DNA of 63,535 nt, counting the filler, from Octopus bimaculoides (lineage: Eukaryota), in assembly GCF_001194135.2 (NCBI RefSeq). It is 5 parts of 5 records of this genome, joined end to end, with 100 filler letters (N's around TTAATTAATTAA, not from the genome) between each part and the next. Parts side by side here need not be neighbours in the genome. Positions count along the whole stretch, not along the records: positions 1 to 21,089 come from NC_068993.1; positions 21,190 to 29,189 come from NC_069003.1; 3 more parts are not named here. One strand, given 5' to 3'. Below the pieces are notes generated by a model. The model did no database searches and was not told where the DNA came from. It was given only the letters and a program-made list of their open reading frames with translations. The translations under genes and the position numbers were made by a program. Positions 12,339 through 24,639 of this stretch are shown one piece after another (position 1 is the first letter of the stretch; every line of letters begins with the position of its first letter).

Positions 12339-13363
12339 TTATGAGAGAACTTTCTCCATCCAAAATTCCCAAAGAAACCATTCTGCCATTCCTATTTACA
12401 GCTCTTGTAGAAGAATTGTTTAGAGAAATAACATTTTTAGATTAGCAAATTGATTGGATCCACCTCCTCCTCCTCTTTATCATCATCATCATCATCATCA
12501 TCATCACATTAACATTACATAAACATAAACTGGTGTATATACATATATATATATTGGTTGTATGTAGGAGAGGATCTATGCGTGTATATCTGTGGGATGT
12601 TTCTGTACGATGTTTGCGTGAATGAATATATCAGTGTTATTATGTATAGTGCATTCTCACATGTGGTGTCTGTGTGTGAGCTTACTGTATGCACAGAGTG
12701 CTACAAACAACTAGAATTAGGTAGGATCAATATACATATAAAACAAGTAGTAGTAGTAGTGGTGGTGGTGGTGGTGGTGGTAATGACAAAAGTCCAGTAG
12801 TAGTAGTCAGAGTGTTAGTAGCAAGTGTGAGTCAAGGGAGAGTATGTTATGTCCAAGATGACAGGGTGTGGTTTTGATTTCCTTTTAGAATCAATCGGAT
12901 CAGAAATCTAACTGTAAATAAATACATTGTGTCTGTATGCATGTGTATACACAACATACATACACACACACACGTGTGTGTGTGTATTTATGTGTGTAAG
13001 TGTATATAAGTGAGTGTGTGTGTGTATCCATGTATGTATAAATGTATAAATTGTTCTTTAACTTCACTTTTACTTGTTTCATCTCTTGCTGTGATGGGCA
13101 TCTGAGATAAAAATTTGACCAAGTAATTTTTCAATATGTCCATATCTATTCCTCACACACCTGTGAAGCTTTCTGGCAAGCTATCGAAAACCTATGGACC
13201 CTTGTAACCTGGGTCCTTACTCTAGATCAATGGTTCTCATCTGGGGTCTGTATGACCTTTGGGGGTCCATATAAGATTTTGCTGTTAAAAATTTACGTGC
13301 AATAAATTGGTTATACATCTACAATATACAAAACAGTCTAACCATTTTGTATACAGTTCCTCA

Positions 13364-13723
13364 GTGGAGGCGCAATGGCCCAGTTGTCAGGGCAGCGGAC
13401 TCGCGGTCATAGGATTGCTGTTTTGATTCCCAGACCGGGCGTTGTGAGTGTTTATTGAGTGAAAACACCTAAAGCTCCACGAGGCTCCGGCAGGGGATGG
13501 TGGCGAACCCTACTGTACTCTTTCACCACAATTTTCTCTTACTCTTACTTCCTGTTTCTGTTGTGCCTGTAATTCAAAGGGTCAGCCTTGTCACACTGTG
13601 TCACGCTGAATATCCCCGAGAACTACGTTAAGGGTACACATGTCTGTGGAGTGCTCAGTCACTTGCACGTTAACTTCACGAGCAGGAACCCTCGATGTCG
13701 TAAGTGACGGAATGCCAACAACA
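13364..13723 (+). mobile_element. Full-length tRNA-derived SINE family 'D' (tRNA-Arg-like head)
   Basis: GGAGGCGCAATGGCCCAGTTGTCAGGGCAGCGGACTCGCGG...TTTTGATTCCCAGACCGGGCG head with A/B-box-like motifs, (AAC)n tail, TSD TA(C/T)AGTTCC(T/C)CA at 13352-13363 and 13724-13735. Possibly one of the described octopus OR-type SINEs (not verified). Confidence 0.85.
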
Positions 13724-14522
13724 TATAGTTCCCCATAATATTTAATTATAAAAATATAACTGGATTTTTTTAAACATCATGCAGTTAGTTATAAGAGCAT
13801 ACCCAAGCAAAACAGAATTCAAAGTGGCTTCTTTCAGTTTCCGTCTAGCAAATCCACTCACAAGGCTTTGGTCGGCCCAAGGCTATAGTAGGAGACACTT
13901 ACCCAAGGTGCCACGTAGTGGAACTGAATGCAGAACCATGTGGTTGGTAATCCCAGGTTCATTCAATTTTAAAAAAAGGTAAAATCGGACAGGACTTATG
14001 GGATGACCTGATACATACATACATACATACATACATACAAACTTACATACATACATACAGACATTCACACATACGTACATACATACATACATACATACAT
14101 GGATGCATGCATGCATACATACATGATAATGGCCATCCACTCGTGACCGAGGAAGACCATTGCTGAACTTCAGGAACATTCTGCGCTCTAGTACTAACTT
14201 ACATTTTGCATTTACGGCTCCGTTGGTGGCTAATAAGCCCTACTCTTGATAAGCTTTTGAGAACATACATACATACATACATACATACATACAAACTTAA
14301 ATACATGCATACAGACATTCATACATACATATACACTAGATATACATGTAGTGCTAGTAAATATACAAACTGATGGGTTTGAGACATGCTGGCACAGCTG
14401 TTTTCACGTCTCTTATTTGGCATCACTGATTCAAAGCTAATTTGACATCAGATGTTTTAGCTTTTCTCTCATTTCTTCCATCATACACTCTGTCTCTGTC
14501 TCTCTCTGTCTGTCTGTCTCTC

Positions 14523-14553
<31 letters not shown>

Positions 14554-14979
14554 TTCTGTTTATGTGTGTGAGCATATATCTTCTTAGTTGTTTGAGGAGA
14601 AGGAAAGATTTTATGCTAATTATGTTGTGTTCAATTAATAAATTGTAATTTCTCTCTTCTCTCTCTTTCCCTTTATGTGTGTGAGGATAGGGAAAGCTTT
14701 TATGCCAATTATGTCCAATTAATAACTTGTAACATCTGCCTCATCAACACCACCATCACCACCATCACCACTACCACCACCACCACCACAATCATTGCAA
14801 TCACCACCCACATCCACCAAACACTCCAATGTACAAAAGTGAAAGTAGGAAAAAATCTATTCCAATCTCCTCACATGTGTTAAAGAGAAGGAGAAGTGGT
14901 GCCTGGAGTAAACTGGAAAGATTTGAGATTTGAACCTCTTTCCTTCGTTTGTCTGTCTGTCAGGCTGTCTGTCTGTCCG

Positions 14980-15022
<43 letters not shown>

Positions 15023-15374
15023 CTATCTCACTTCCATTCAATATGGATGGGCAAGGAGAGAAAGACGCAATGGAAATAGTGCAGCCAGCAAGTTGTTTCC
15101 AGTTGAAACAAGTTTTATTATTGGTCAAGACAGTGCTGAGAGTGGNNNNNNNNNNNNNNNNNNNNNNNNNNNNNNNNNNNNNNNNNNNNNNNNNNNNNNN
15201 NNNNNNNNNNNNNNNNNNNNNNNNNNNNNNNNNNNNNNNNNNNNNNNNNNNNNNNNNNNNNNNNNNNNNNNNNNNNNNNNNNNNNNNNNNNNNNNNNNNN
15301 NNNNNNNNNNNNNNNNNNNNNNNNNNNNNNNNNNNNNNNNNNNNNNNNNNNNNNNNNNNNNNNNNNNNNNNNNN

Positions 15375-15413
<39 letters not shown>

Positions 15414-15823
15414 GTGTGTGTGTGTGTGTGTGTATGTACATACATATTTACAAGACCAAAAACAAACACATACACACAGGTGCTGAAAATGAATGTTAGA
15501 GAGAGAAGGGAGGGGGAGCAGGGGGGCGAGAGAGAAGGGTAAGGTAATAGGGAGAGGGGTGATCAAAAGTGATTCCAACATAAAGGTCAACAAGAATACT
15601 TGTAACAAAATCTGATATCTGTAAATATAGCTTAGCAGCTACACACACACACACACACACACACGTCCCTATGTGTGTGTGTGTGTATGTATGTATTTAT
15701 CCTGAGAGAAGAAGAGAGAGAGAAAGAGAGAAGAGTTCTTGTAGTCATGGAGAGATTAGTTCATTTCTTACAGAGAGGTTTGCAGATAGGGGTGTGTATG
15801 TATATGTGTATGTATGTATGTAA

Positions 15824-15901
<78 letters not shown>

Positions 15902-16261
15902 GTACACACACATACATACATGCATACATACATACATGCACATGTGCATATACATATATAAAAGTATACTTGAACATATACACACACACTCGCACTTATT
16001 GGCTGTGTGGCAGGTAGCTTGCTTACCAACCACATGGTTCCAGGTTCAGTCCCACTGTGCGGCATCTTGGACAAGTGTCTTCTATTATATCCTTGGGCTG
16101 ACCAAAGCCTTGTGAGTGGATTTAGTAGATGGAAACAGAAAGAAGCCCATCACATATACATATATTTTCTTTTTTTTTTTTTCAAAATGTAACTACATGT
16201 GGATTGTTGGCGATTTTTCTTCCTCTGTCCTCCTTTTCTCTTGGACTTTCCTCCGTCTTCT

Positions 16262-16296
16262 GTTCCTGAAGAAGAGCTTTGCTCAAAATGTAAAAC
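16262..16296 (+). ncRNA. Decayed minimal (Penelope-type) hammerhead ribozyme motif
   Basis: GTTC-CTGAAGA-A-GAGC-TTT-GCTC-AAAAT-GTA-AAAC. Reverting two CpG transitions gives GCTC-GAAAC-GTA, the canonical core. Downstream sequence resembles the 33.5/33.7 kb copies. Confidence 0.5.
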
Positions 16297-16411
16297 TACC
16301 TTTCTTTCCTTCCCTGAGCGTCTGCTAATACTTTGCATGTACCACTTCCTTGCATTGTTGTTTCTTTCTTGTGCTTTTTCTTCATTTTTGGGGGGGATTA
16401 ACTATATATAT

Positions 16412-17387
16412 AATCAGATTCAATTATGGCTTTGATTCGGCCATCATCAACTTCAGTAGGCTGACCAGAATGTTGGTCATCTTTGAGTGAAAAATCTCCA
16501 GAACAGAATTTTTTAAACCATTTCTTATTTCTTTATTGCCCACAAGGGGCTACACACAGAGGGGACAAACAAGGACAGACAAACAGATTAAGTCGATTAT
16601 ATCGACCCCAGTGTGTAACTGGTACTTATTTAATCGACCCCGAAAGGATGAAAGGCAAAGTCGACCTCGGCGGAATTTGAACTCAGAACGTAGCAGCAGA
16701 CGAAATACCATTAAGCATTTTGCCCANNNNNNNNNNNNNNNNNNNNNNNNNNNNNNNNNNNNNNNNNNNNNNNNNAAAGTCGACCTCAGCAGAATTTGAA
16801 CTCAGAATGTAGCGACGAGTGAAATACCTATTTCTTTACTGCCCACAAGGGGTTATACACAGAGGGGACAAACAAGGACAGACAAACAGATTAAGTCGAT
16901 TATATCGACCCCAGTGTGTAACTGGTACTTATTTAATCGACCCCGAAAGGATGAAAGGCAAAGTCGACCTCGGCGGAATTTGAACTCAGAACGTAGCAGC
17001 AGACGAAATACCATTAAGCATTTTGCCCAGTGCGCTATCGATTCTGCCAGCTCGCCTTTTGTAAACCATTTCTGATATGTGCATTCTGTTAAGCAATCAA
17101 CACCATAAACTTCACATTTCTCTTTGTGAGCTTCAGCAGCTTTCTCGCCTTTACGGAAATAAGGAAGCAAAATATGTCGAAAATGTTCATTTTTGCCCTC
17201 CATGTTAAAACTGACACTGAACTAGCAGCAGCAAACAAAACTATGCACAATTTTCTTCTAAAGGAAGCTAAAAGTAATGGCTACCAAATGTCAAAAGGAA
17301 AAAAATTATAACATTGACAAAAGTCATTCAAAAAAATCATAACTCTATCTATTTGCAAAAAATTAACTTACTTTCTTGCCAACCCAA
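16412..17387 (-). mobile_element. 5' part of a mariner transposon interrupted by a SINE multimer
   Basis: TIR-like TA|TTGGGTTGGCAAGAAAGTAAGT at 17389-17366. Minus-strand translation MEGKNEHFRHILLPYFRKGEKAAEAHKEKCEVYGVDCLTECTYQKWF (17203-17062) resumes after the insertion as WFKKFCSGDFSLKDDQHSGQPTEVDDGRIKAIIESD (to about 16412): the mariner N-terminal HTH region. Confidence 0.9.
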
Positions 17388-17944
17388 TATTTTTAATGCT
17401 TGGTTTATAATTGGGTGTAATGTATGTTATGTTCTGCTTGATGGATTTTTCATAATGTGTTCATCTATTCAATTGTCAGTGTGACTTTAGTTCATGCCAT
17501 GCACTTTGTATGTACTTTATTTATACAGGGTGTGGCAAATATCGTATATTGTATTGAATTTGTATCTATATTATACTAAAGCTTGATCAATTAACATTTC
17601 TGTCCACGAGTTATTGACCAGGGTTTGATTTTGTTTGTTTCTTTTCTTCAGATCTATTTCTTCTTTTTCTGTTCATGCTTCATTTGTATTTAGTTTTAGC
17701 CCTTTGTGTTCTGAGTTCAAAGCCTGTCAGGTTGTGTGGTTAAGAAGATTGCTTTGCAACCAATTGATTTCAGGTTCAATCTCACGGTGCAACATCTTGA
17801 GTCAGTGGCCTCTTGTATTATGGCCTTGGGTCAATCAATACCATGTGAATAGATTTGATAGTTGGAAACTGCGTGAAAGCTCATCATACATGTGTGTGTT
17901 TGCATGTGTATGTGTGTGTGAGTGTGCATATATATGTGTGTATA

Positions 17945-17997
<53 letters not shown>

Positions 17998-18004
<7 letters not shown>

Positions 18005-18095
18005 AGGAGATTCGTTATAGGTATAAGAATATACCATAAACAAGTGTACTTGTTTATGGTATATTCTTATACTTATAACGAATCTCCTCAAATAT
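17998..18095. repeat. 98-nt fold-back palindrome (48-bp arms, one G/T mismatch, 2-nt loop)
   Basis: 17998-18045 ATATTTGAGGAGATTCGTTATAGGTATAAGAATATACCATAAACAAGT pairs with 18048-18095 except one G.T. Confidence 0.97.
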
Positions 18096-18573
18096 TATTT
18101 TCATATTCTTATTACCTGTTTTTAGCTGATTTTCATGAATATGATGAATCCTTATTAGAAATCACCTTTTCTCACATATATATATATATATATATATATA
18201 TGGTCAGTAAATCATAAATCTGAAAGAGAGCCACACTCTAAGTTAAAGAGCAGGATCTAAGAAGACATATGTAAAGCTAAGCACTTTATGGACATGAAAC
18301 TTTGGGTAACCCTATGAACCAGCCATAACTATATCTAAATATATATAATCATCTGTTACACTACTCTCACCCCAGTGTACTAACCTACCCACCCTTTCTG
18401 TTCCTCTGTCCTATTCTGTTTTTCATATTGACCTTGTACCTTAACCCCACATCTTTCCCCCCATCTCTCTCTCTTGATGGATAAGCCAAGTATTCACCCC
18501 TTCAGCTTGACACCTGCTTCTGTCCCTCTATCTTACTTTCTTATTCCTCATTTCAGTGTCCAACTCTGCTTAA

Positions 18574-18793
18574 CTCTTTTGATACCAACCCGGCTGAAAC
18601 TGGCTCTGGCTCTGTAATACAAATGTCTTGTTTTCAAAAGTTTTGAATTAAAATCTTCCACCAAACCTTAGTCACAATCTATGTTCCTAACATCAGCTTA
18701 ATGATAACTAAATTATTTTACTAAATTCTTTGTTTATTTAAAATAAATTGAAAGAAACACAGAGTACCTCAAAATAAATATGGTAACAAAAGG
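18574..18793. mobile_element. piggyBac-like MITE, dispersed copy of the 4.1/4.35 kb family
   Basis: TTAA flanks at 18570-18573 and 18794-18797; body matches 4103-4322. Confidence 0.78.
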
Positions 18794-19479
18794 TTAAGGG
18801 TCTTATCTTGCAAGTATTTGGTAACCTCTGCTGGTGCCACACAAAAAGCACCCAGTACACTCTGGGAAGCAGATGGCATTAGGCAAGACATCCAGCTGTG
18901 GAGACCATTCCAAAACAGATGCTGGAACTCAGTACAGACTTCTGGTTTGCTTGTTCATGTTGAACCATCCAGCTGATGCCAACATAGAAAAAGGAGCATT
19001 TGATGATGATGATAATGATGATGACAATGATATATGTACAAATGTGTGTGTGTGTGAGGGTGGGGGTCTTTGAATCCATATTTGTCTCCTTCCACCACTT
19101 GACAACTGGCGTGGGTTCGTTTATGCCCCCATAACTTAGCAGTTCTGTGAAAGAGACCAATAGAATAATTACTTGATTTATAGAAGAAAGGAAAAAGCCA
19201 TCAGTGCTGGTGTCAATTTGTTTGACTAAAACCCTTTAAGGCAGTGCTCCAGTGACTGAAACAAGTGAAAGATAACTCATCTTTGCCTTTCTTCCTTTTA
19301 AAGCCAGCATAACAGAATACCAGTCATGTATTGGGATCAATTTAATCATTGATACTAGTACATCGCAGGGTTTTTCAAGCAGGAGACAACAGTTGAGAAT
19401 CCCAATCAAATTTTAGCATTGTTTATGTTTTAGGAACAAATGAGGGTGTAAAGCCCAACAACTACAGTAATCCTATGAA

Positions 19480-19965
19480 AAACAGTGGCCCCAGGTATTA
19501 TTCATCTGTTACAGGAATATCCAGGAAATAGTCATAGCTACAAATCAGCAGACACTGTTATGAATCAGAAAGAAATAGTTCATTATCCAACAGAATTACA
19601 AAATCCATTGGAATCTTCAGATTTACTGCTAGACAGACATCAGCTAAAAACAGAATCACCAATAATTCGAATCAGTTACAACTGTGCAATAGCACAAAAC
19701 AGATGGTTAAGCGACTTGCAACACATGTCACTGAGACTGCAAATTTCAATGGATGCACCAAAAGACAGATGCAACTACACTCAAAATTCCACCTACAAAA
19801 ACAGATGTGCTCTTTCAGTTTAAAAGTCTGCAGTATGCAGAATGGCTAAGCTTTCACATGTTGATCAATAAATCCCAAGGGTAAACACTGAAGGTTGCTG
19901 GACTGCATTTTGAGAAATACTGCTTAACTAATGGCTAGTTATATACTAGATGCTCAAGAAATGGA
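19480..19965 (+). mobile_element. Degraded Helitron RepHel, C-terminal PIF1-type helicase fragment
   Basis: Stitched frames: LLQEYPGNSHSYKSADTVMNQKEIVHYPTELQNPLESSD...LKTESPII / LCNSTKQMVKRLATHV / KIPPTKTDVLFQFKSLQY..SFHMLINKSQG*TLKVAGLHFEKYCLTNG*LYTRCSR. These correspond to Helitron motifs YPxEFLNSL, LCNGTRL, FxRxQFP..FAMTINKSQGQ.L, HGQLYVAxSR. Frameshifts and stops present. Confidence 0.88.
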
Positions 19966-20334
19966 ACCCTCTCACCTTCATCATCATCATCATCATCATT
20001 TAGTGTCCATTTTCCATGTTGGCATGAGTCGGGGAGTTTGACAGGAGCTGGCTGTTTTGGCTTGATATCTACAGATGTATGCCCTTCCTAATGCCAACCA
20101 CTTCATAGAGTGTACTGGGTGCTTTTTAAATGCACCATCACCAGTGCTTTTTACATGGTACCAGCACCAGTGCATTCTACATGGTACCAGTAACATTGCT
20201 TTTGACATGGCACCATGATCTTTTTAATTCTTGTTGGTAAATGAAAAGCATTGTACATGCTGAGAGCTGACATGACAATGTTTGAGGACTGCCAAAAGCT
20301 ATAAAGGGTACAAATTTAATACCATAAAATTTAA

Positions 20335-20554
20335 CCCTTTCGCATTCAGATTACTCTATGAAATGTAATTCTTATTTATTCACATTATTTGAAATTAATT
20401 ATACATTATCTCATAGCTTTGAGATTTCAATGATGTGATTGTCTATTTTTAAAATGACACTGCATAGTAGGTGTGAGAGGCCAGATCTGACTAGTTTGAA
20501 AATAAAACTGGTTGAATATTTTGGCCAGATATGGCCAGTTTAAATGCTAAAGAG
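20335..20554. mobile_element. Second TTAA-flanked piggyBac-like MITE family
   Basis: TTAA|CCCTTTCGCATTCAGATTACTC ... AAATGCTAAAGAG|TTAA. An opposite-orientation copy lies at 25467-25682, with partial copies near 6410, 11475-11650 and 25760-25935. Confidence 0.75.
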
Positions 20555-21089
20555 TTAAGAAGATCATCACAATTCTTAAATATATTTCTATCCGTACATA
20601 TATTGAGGTCTCACTATTTAGATGTGTGGAGTTCCTTCGAACACTCTGGGTACTGCATATCATAAGAATAACTTCATTTCCAAGAATGGGTTGCTTCTCA
20701 ACACTTCTACTCATTTCACAAATAATTTTAAGAATTAGATAATATCAAAAAAAAAAAAGAGAAAAAGTTCTATTCATATGTTCTTACTTAATTTGCATGA
20801 ATTAGCATATGTTATTTATGCAATCAAATTATAGAATACACTATTAATATTGAGTGCATATCTGCAGTGCGTTGCATTACAGAAACCAGATGGCTATAAA
20901 TGTATAGGATGACAATTTCAAGTCTTAGCTGAACATTAATTTTTCAAGAGTAATCCAATATTGTTTGATTAAACTAAATATGCCTTCATTAGACACAATT
21001 GTCTTTCAGGAAAATATATAGCTACATTCCAGGAGTAATCTCAAGCGTTCCACTGATATGTGTGTATGTATGTATATATATATATATAT

Positions 21090-21189
21090 NNNNNNNNNNN
21101 NNNNNNNNNNNNNNNNNNNNNNNNNNNNNNNNNTTAATTAATTAANNNNNNNNNNNNNNNNNNNNNNNNNNNNNNNNNNNNNNNNNNNN
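21090..21189. other. Artificial scaffold-join spacer (44 N + TTAATTAATTAA + 44 N)
   Basis: Exactly 100 nt, six-frame-stop 12-mer at 21134-21145; identical construct four times. Confidence 0.97.
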
Positions 21190-22288
21190 GTGTCTGTTTG
21201 TTTGTTTCTTTATTTTTGTAGTTTGTTGGTTGAGCTAAAGAAAGATACTACAAGACCAACCTAAAGGTTTGCCAGCTGCAACTATCACCTCTCCACTTTT
21301 TTTTTTGCAGGACAGTATATCTAGGACTACATCAACTATATGTATATATATAATTACATATATATATATATATATACAAATAATATATGCATATATATGT
21401 ACATACCTTCATCTACATGTACATATAGATGCATATCTGGGTACAGGACGTTGCAAAAAAAACATGGACAAAATGATAAACAAGGTACAGAAAACACACA
21501 GGCCACATAGAGAACATATCCTTCATCAGCTGCCACCAGTATAACACTGATATATATATATAATGAGAGGTAATATTTGTCTCCGTTAGCGACAAATATT
21601 ACCTCTCAGAATCTGAGCTGGCAGAATCGTCAGCACGCCAGGCGAAATGCTTAACGGTATTTCATCTGCCGTTATGCTCTGAGTTCAAATTCCACCAAGG
21701 TCGACTTTACCTTTCAGGGCCGATAAATTAAGTACCAGTTATACACTGGAGTCAATGTAATTGACTTAAGCCCTTTGTCTATCCTTGTATGTCCCCCTCT
21801 ATGTTTAGCCCCTTGTGAGCAGTAAAGAAATAAATATGTCTCCACTTAAATGTGGACATTCCATTAAAACTAACTATATTGTAGCAGTTACCACGAGCCA
21901 CAGAATAGTTTACTGTAACAGAACATCCACATCCAGGTGGGGGATAATAAATATTACCTTTCGGTATTAATACTGCTTCTGCCACATATATATGGATTCA
22001 GGTAATCCAGTAGTACTCATATAAAAAAAACAAGCTCCTTAATGTATCATTCTATAAACGATTGGAATATATTATTATTATACATTTCGCCCGGCCACCT
22101 CGCTACCTTTTTAGATGTATGTAGTGCAAGCCAACCAAATCTGATCCCTCCTACCTATCCTAGAATGTCACTGGGAAAGTATGCAAGCACATTATCAAAG
22201 TTGTGAGATAATCCATGATCAATTCAAAACAATATAAATAAATAAGCATCACATTTGACAAAGAAATCTGAATACGAAAGGGTTAAAG

Positions 22289-22580
22289 CAGGGGTTCTCA
22301 ACCATGGGCCCCCTTTGATTACTATTTTATTCTGGTGGATCCTGCCCATAGTCATTTGTTTAAAAATTAGTTTTGTAGAAACTTCTCTCAAAATTCCCAT
22401 TTTGTTTTTCACACGTTAAGTTGTGTAGGTTGAACTATGTAAAATGTTAGACAAAGAAACCCAGCTGTTTTTTTGCAATACATACATCTAAAGCAAAATT
22501 TTTTCAGGGGCCCTTTATATGCTATTGTGGATCCCTAATTTACTATTTTGTTATGTGGACCCCCAGTTGAGAAACCACTG
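22289..22580. mobile_element. hAT (Charlie-like) MITE
   Basis: Termini CAGGGGTTCTCAAC ... GTTGAGAAACCACTG. No clear 8-bp TSD. A related 5' end is at about 13227 and a hAT-like 3' end (GCGGCCTGCAGGCC..GGTTGCCCAGCCCTG) at 140-187. Confidence 0.65.
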
Positions 22581-22679
22581 CTTGAAAAGATCTATAGGAG
22601 TAATGTTACTTAACGGGGGTACATAGCTTGAAGATCGGAAAGATAATTGATTTAAAAAGTCAAGTTGCTACATGTCAGC

Positions 22680-22830
22680 ACTGAGGTCTTACAGTTCCAG
22701 TATGACAGACATGTGGTTAAAATGTAGGAGATAATCACAAGACAGATTCATCTAAGCCAAACCGATTCACAGAAGACCTGGGGGTAGACCAAGATTGAGA
22801 TGGTTGGGTAATACCCATAGTCTCAGTTGG
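22680..22830 (+). mobile_element. Old LINE (RTE-like) RT C-terminal remnant
   Basis: Translates in pieces to ..HVVKM.. and AKPIHRRPGGRPRLRWLG, the typical G-x-R-x-x-GRP-x-x-RW motif. Confidence 0.55.
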
Positions 22831-23563
22831 TCATGCCTGGGAATCCAGCCGGAATGTTCCATAACATTGGCTACTGATAGGACCCATTGGACAACACAAG
22901 TCCTTGGGGACCCTACCACCACATTCCAGGACCAGTGAGTGGAGAAGATGGATGGATTTTAAATTCTTTAACCAGGGAATTGGTAGATTCATGAGGGCAG
23001 TATTTTACTCCTGAAAAACTCTTGAAATAGAGATGTATAAGCTGTCTTTAAAAGGTTTAGTAGATTCCATGAAGAAGCTTTAAAGCATTTTGGCATAAAC
23101 AAGTCCTTCTTTACATTAAATTCCCTACTTACACTAATTTTTCTGATATTCTATAGATGTTTTAACCTTCACAAATGATGTAAAGTGCACTGCTAACACA
23201 GTAGAACACGATATTGACTTATAAAATTGTTTAAATATACTTTATAGAATATTTTGGCTGCATAACAAAATACCATATCCCTACAAGTCATTGATATTTT
23301 CCCAAAGGGTCTCCGATATACATATGAATACCAGGGTTTCTTTATAAGCATTATAAAAATTACATGTTCTTTTACTTGTTTCAGTCATTTGACTGGAGCA
23401 CCACCTAGAATGGTTTTAGTCAAACAAATCGACCCCTGGAATTATTTAAGCCTAGTACTTATTGTATCGGCCTCTTTTACTGAACCGCTAAGTTAGAGGG
23501 ACTTAAAAAAACCAACACCAGTTGTCAAGTGGTGATGGGGACAAACATGGAAACAAAGACACA

Positions 23564-23608
<45 letters not shown>

Positions 23609-24639
23609 GAGTTGTAATGTCACTGGTGCCAAGCTGTGTCCACTTTTGCCTTTCACTTGGATGACATTGGTGACATGGAGAGGGAATGCTGATATGCATG
23701 GGTCGACGGCTGGTCTTCCATAAACAATCTTGCCCGGATATATCCCTCAGAGGGTAACTTTCTAGGTGCAATCCCATGGTCATTCATTATCAAAGGGGAT
23801 TCGTTATCAAAGATGAAGGAAATAGAAATGATTGAGTAAGGAGGAATTGGTCGGCAACAGAAGAGGAAAGGTGGAGAGCAGCACCAGTGGAATAAAGGTG
23901 TAGATAGATGAGAAATAGAGATACCGAGTGTATAGGGAAGGGAGAAAAAAGGACAAAAGCACCAAATATATTCCTTCGGAAACAAAACTACCTGAAAAAC
24001 TATAAACAGGGTGAAAGAAATCCTCTCAATGAGGAGTAAAAAAAAAACGAAGTCCCATTCTGTGGCACCTTGGGTAAGTGTCTTCTATAGCCTTGGGCCA
24101 ACCAAAGCCTTGTGAGTGGATTTGGTAGACAGAAACTGAAAGAAGCCTATTATATATATATATGTGTGTGTGTGTGTCTGTCCCCTCACACCACTTGGCA
24201 GTTAGTGTTAGTGTGTTTACATCCCCATAACTTTGCAGTTCAGCAAAAGAGACTGATAGAACAAGTACTCAGAAACAATATGTCCTAGGGTCGATTTGTT
24301 TGACTAAAACCCTTCAAGTTGATGTTCCAGTATGGCCACAGTCAGATGACTGAAACAAGTAAAAAAATTCCATTTGTAATTATCCATGATCCAAAAAAAA
24401 CCATAACTTCTTATATTCAGCCATATTTTACCTTCCAGTCTAACACCAATCATCAAATCTCAGGAAAATAATTGGAAGAATCACAAATTAGCAACAACAA
24501 AGACAACCACCAATTTTTCAAGGGCTCGTAAAAATGGCGAAATTCAAATCAAAAGAAGAAACGATGTGACAAAATGTTGAGACCTTATTTCTGGAACAGG
24601 TGACAACCAAAATACACAAGAATGAGAAGGAATTGAAGG

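Noticed and set aside
13364-13450. tRNA-like heads here and at 32736 and 62791 as tRNA genes
   Set aside because: Each continues into a SINE body with tail or TSD and lacks a complete cloverleaf.
21500-21535. Minus-strand CTGATGAAGGATATG in a TA-flanked repeat
   Set aside because: No GAAA core half follows.
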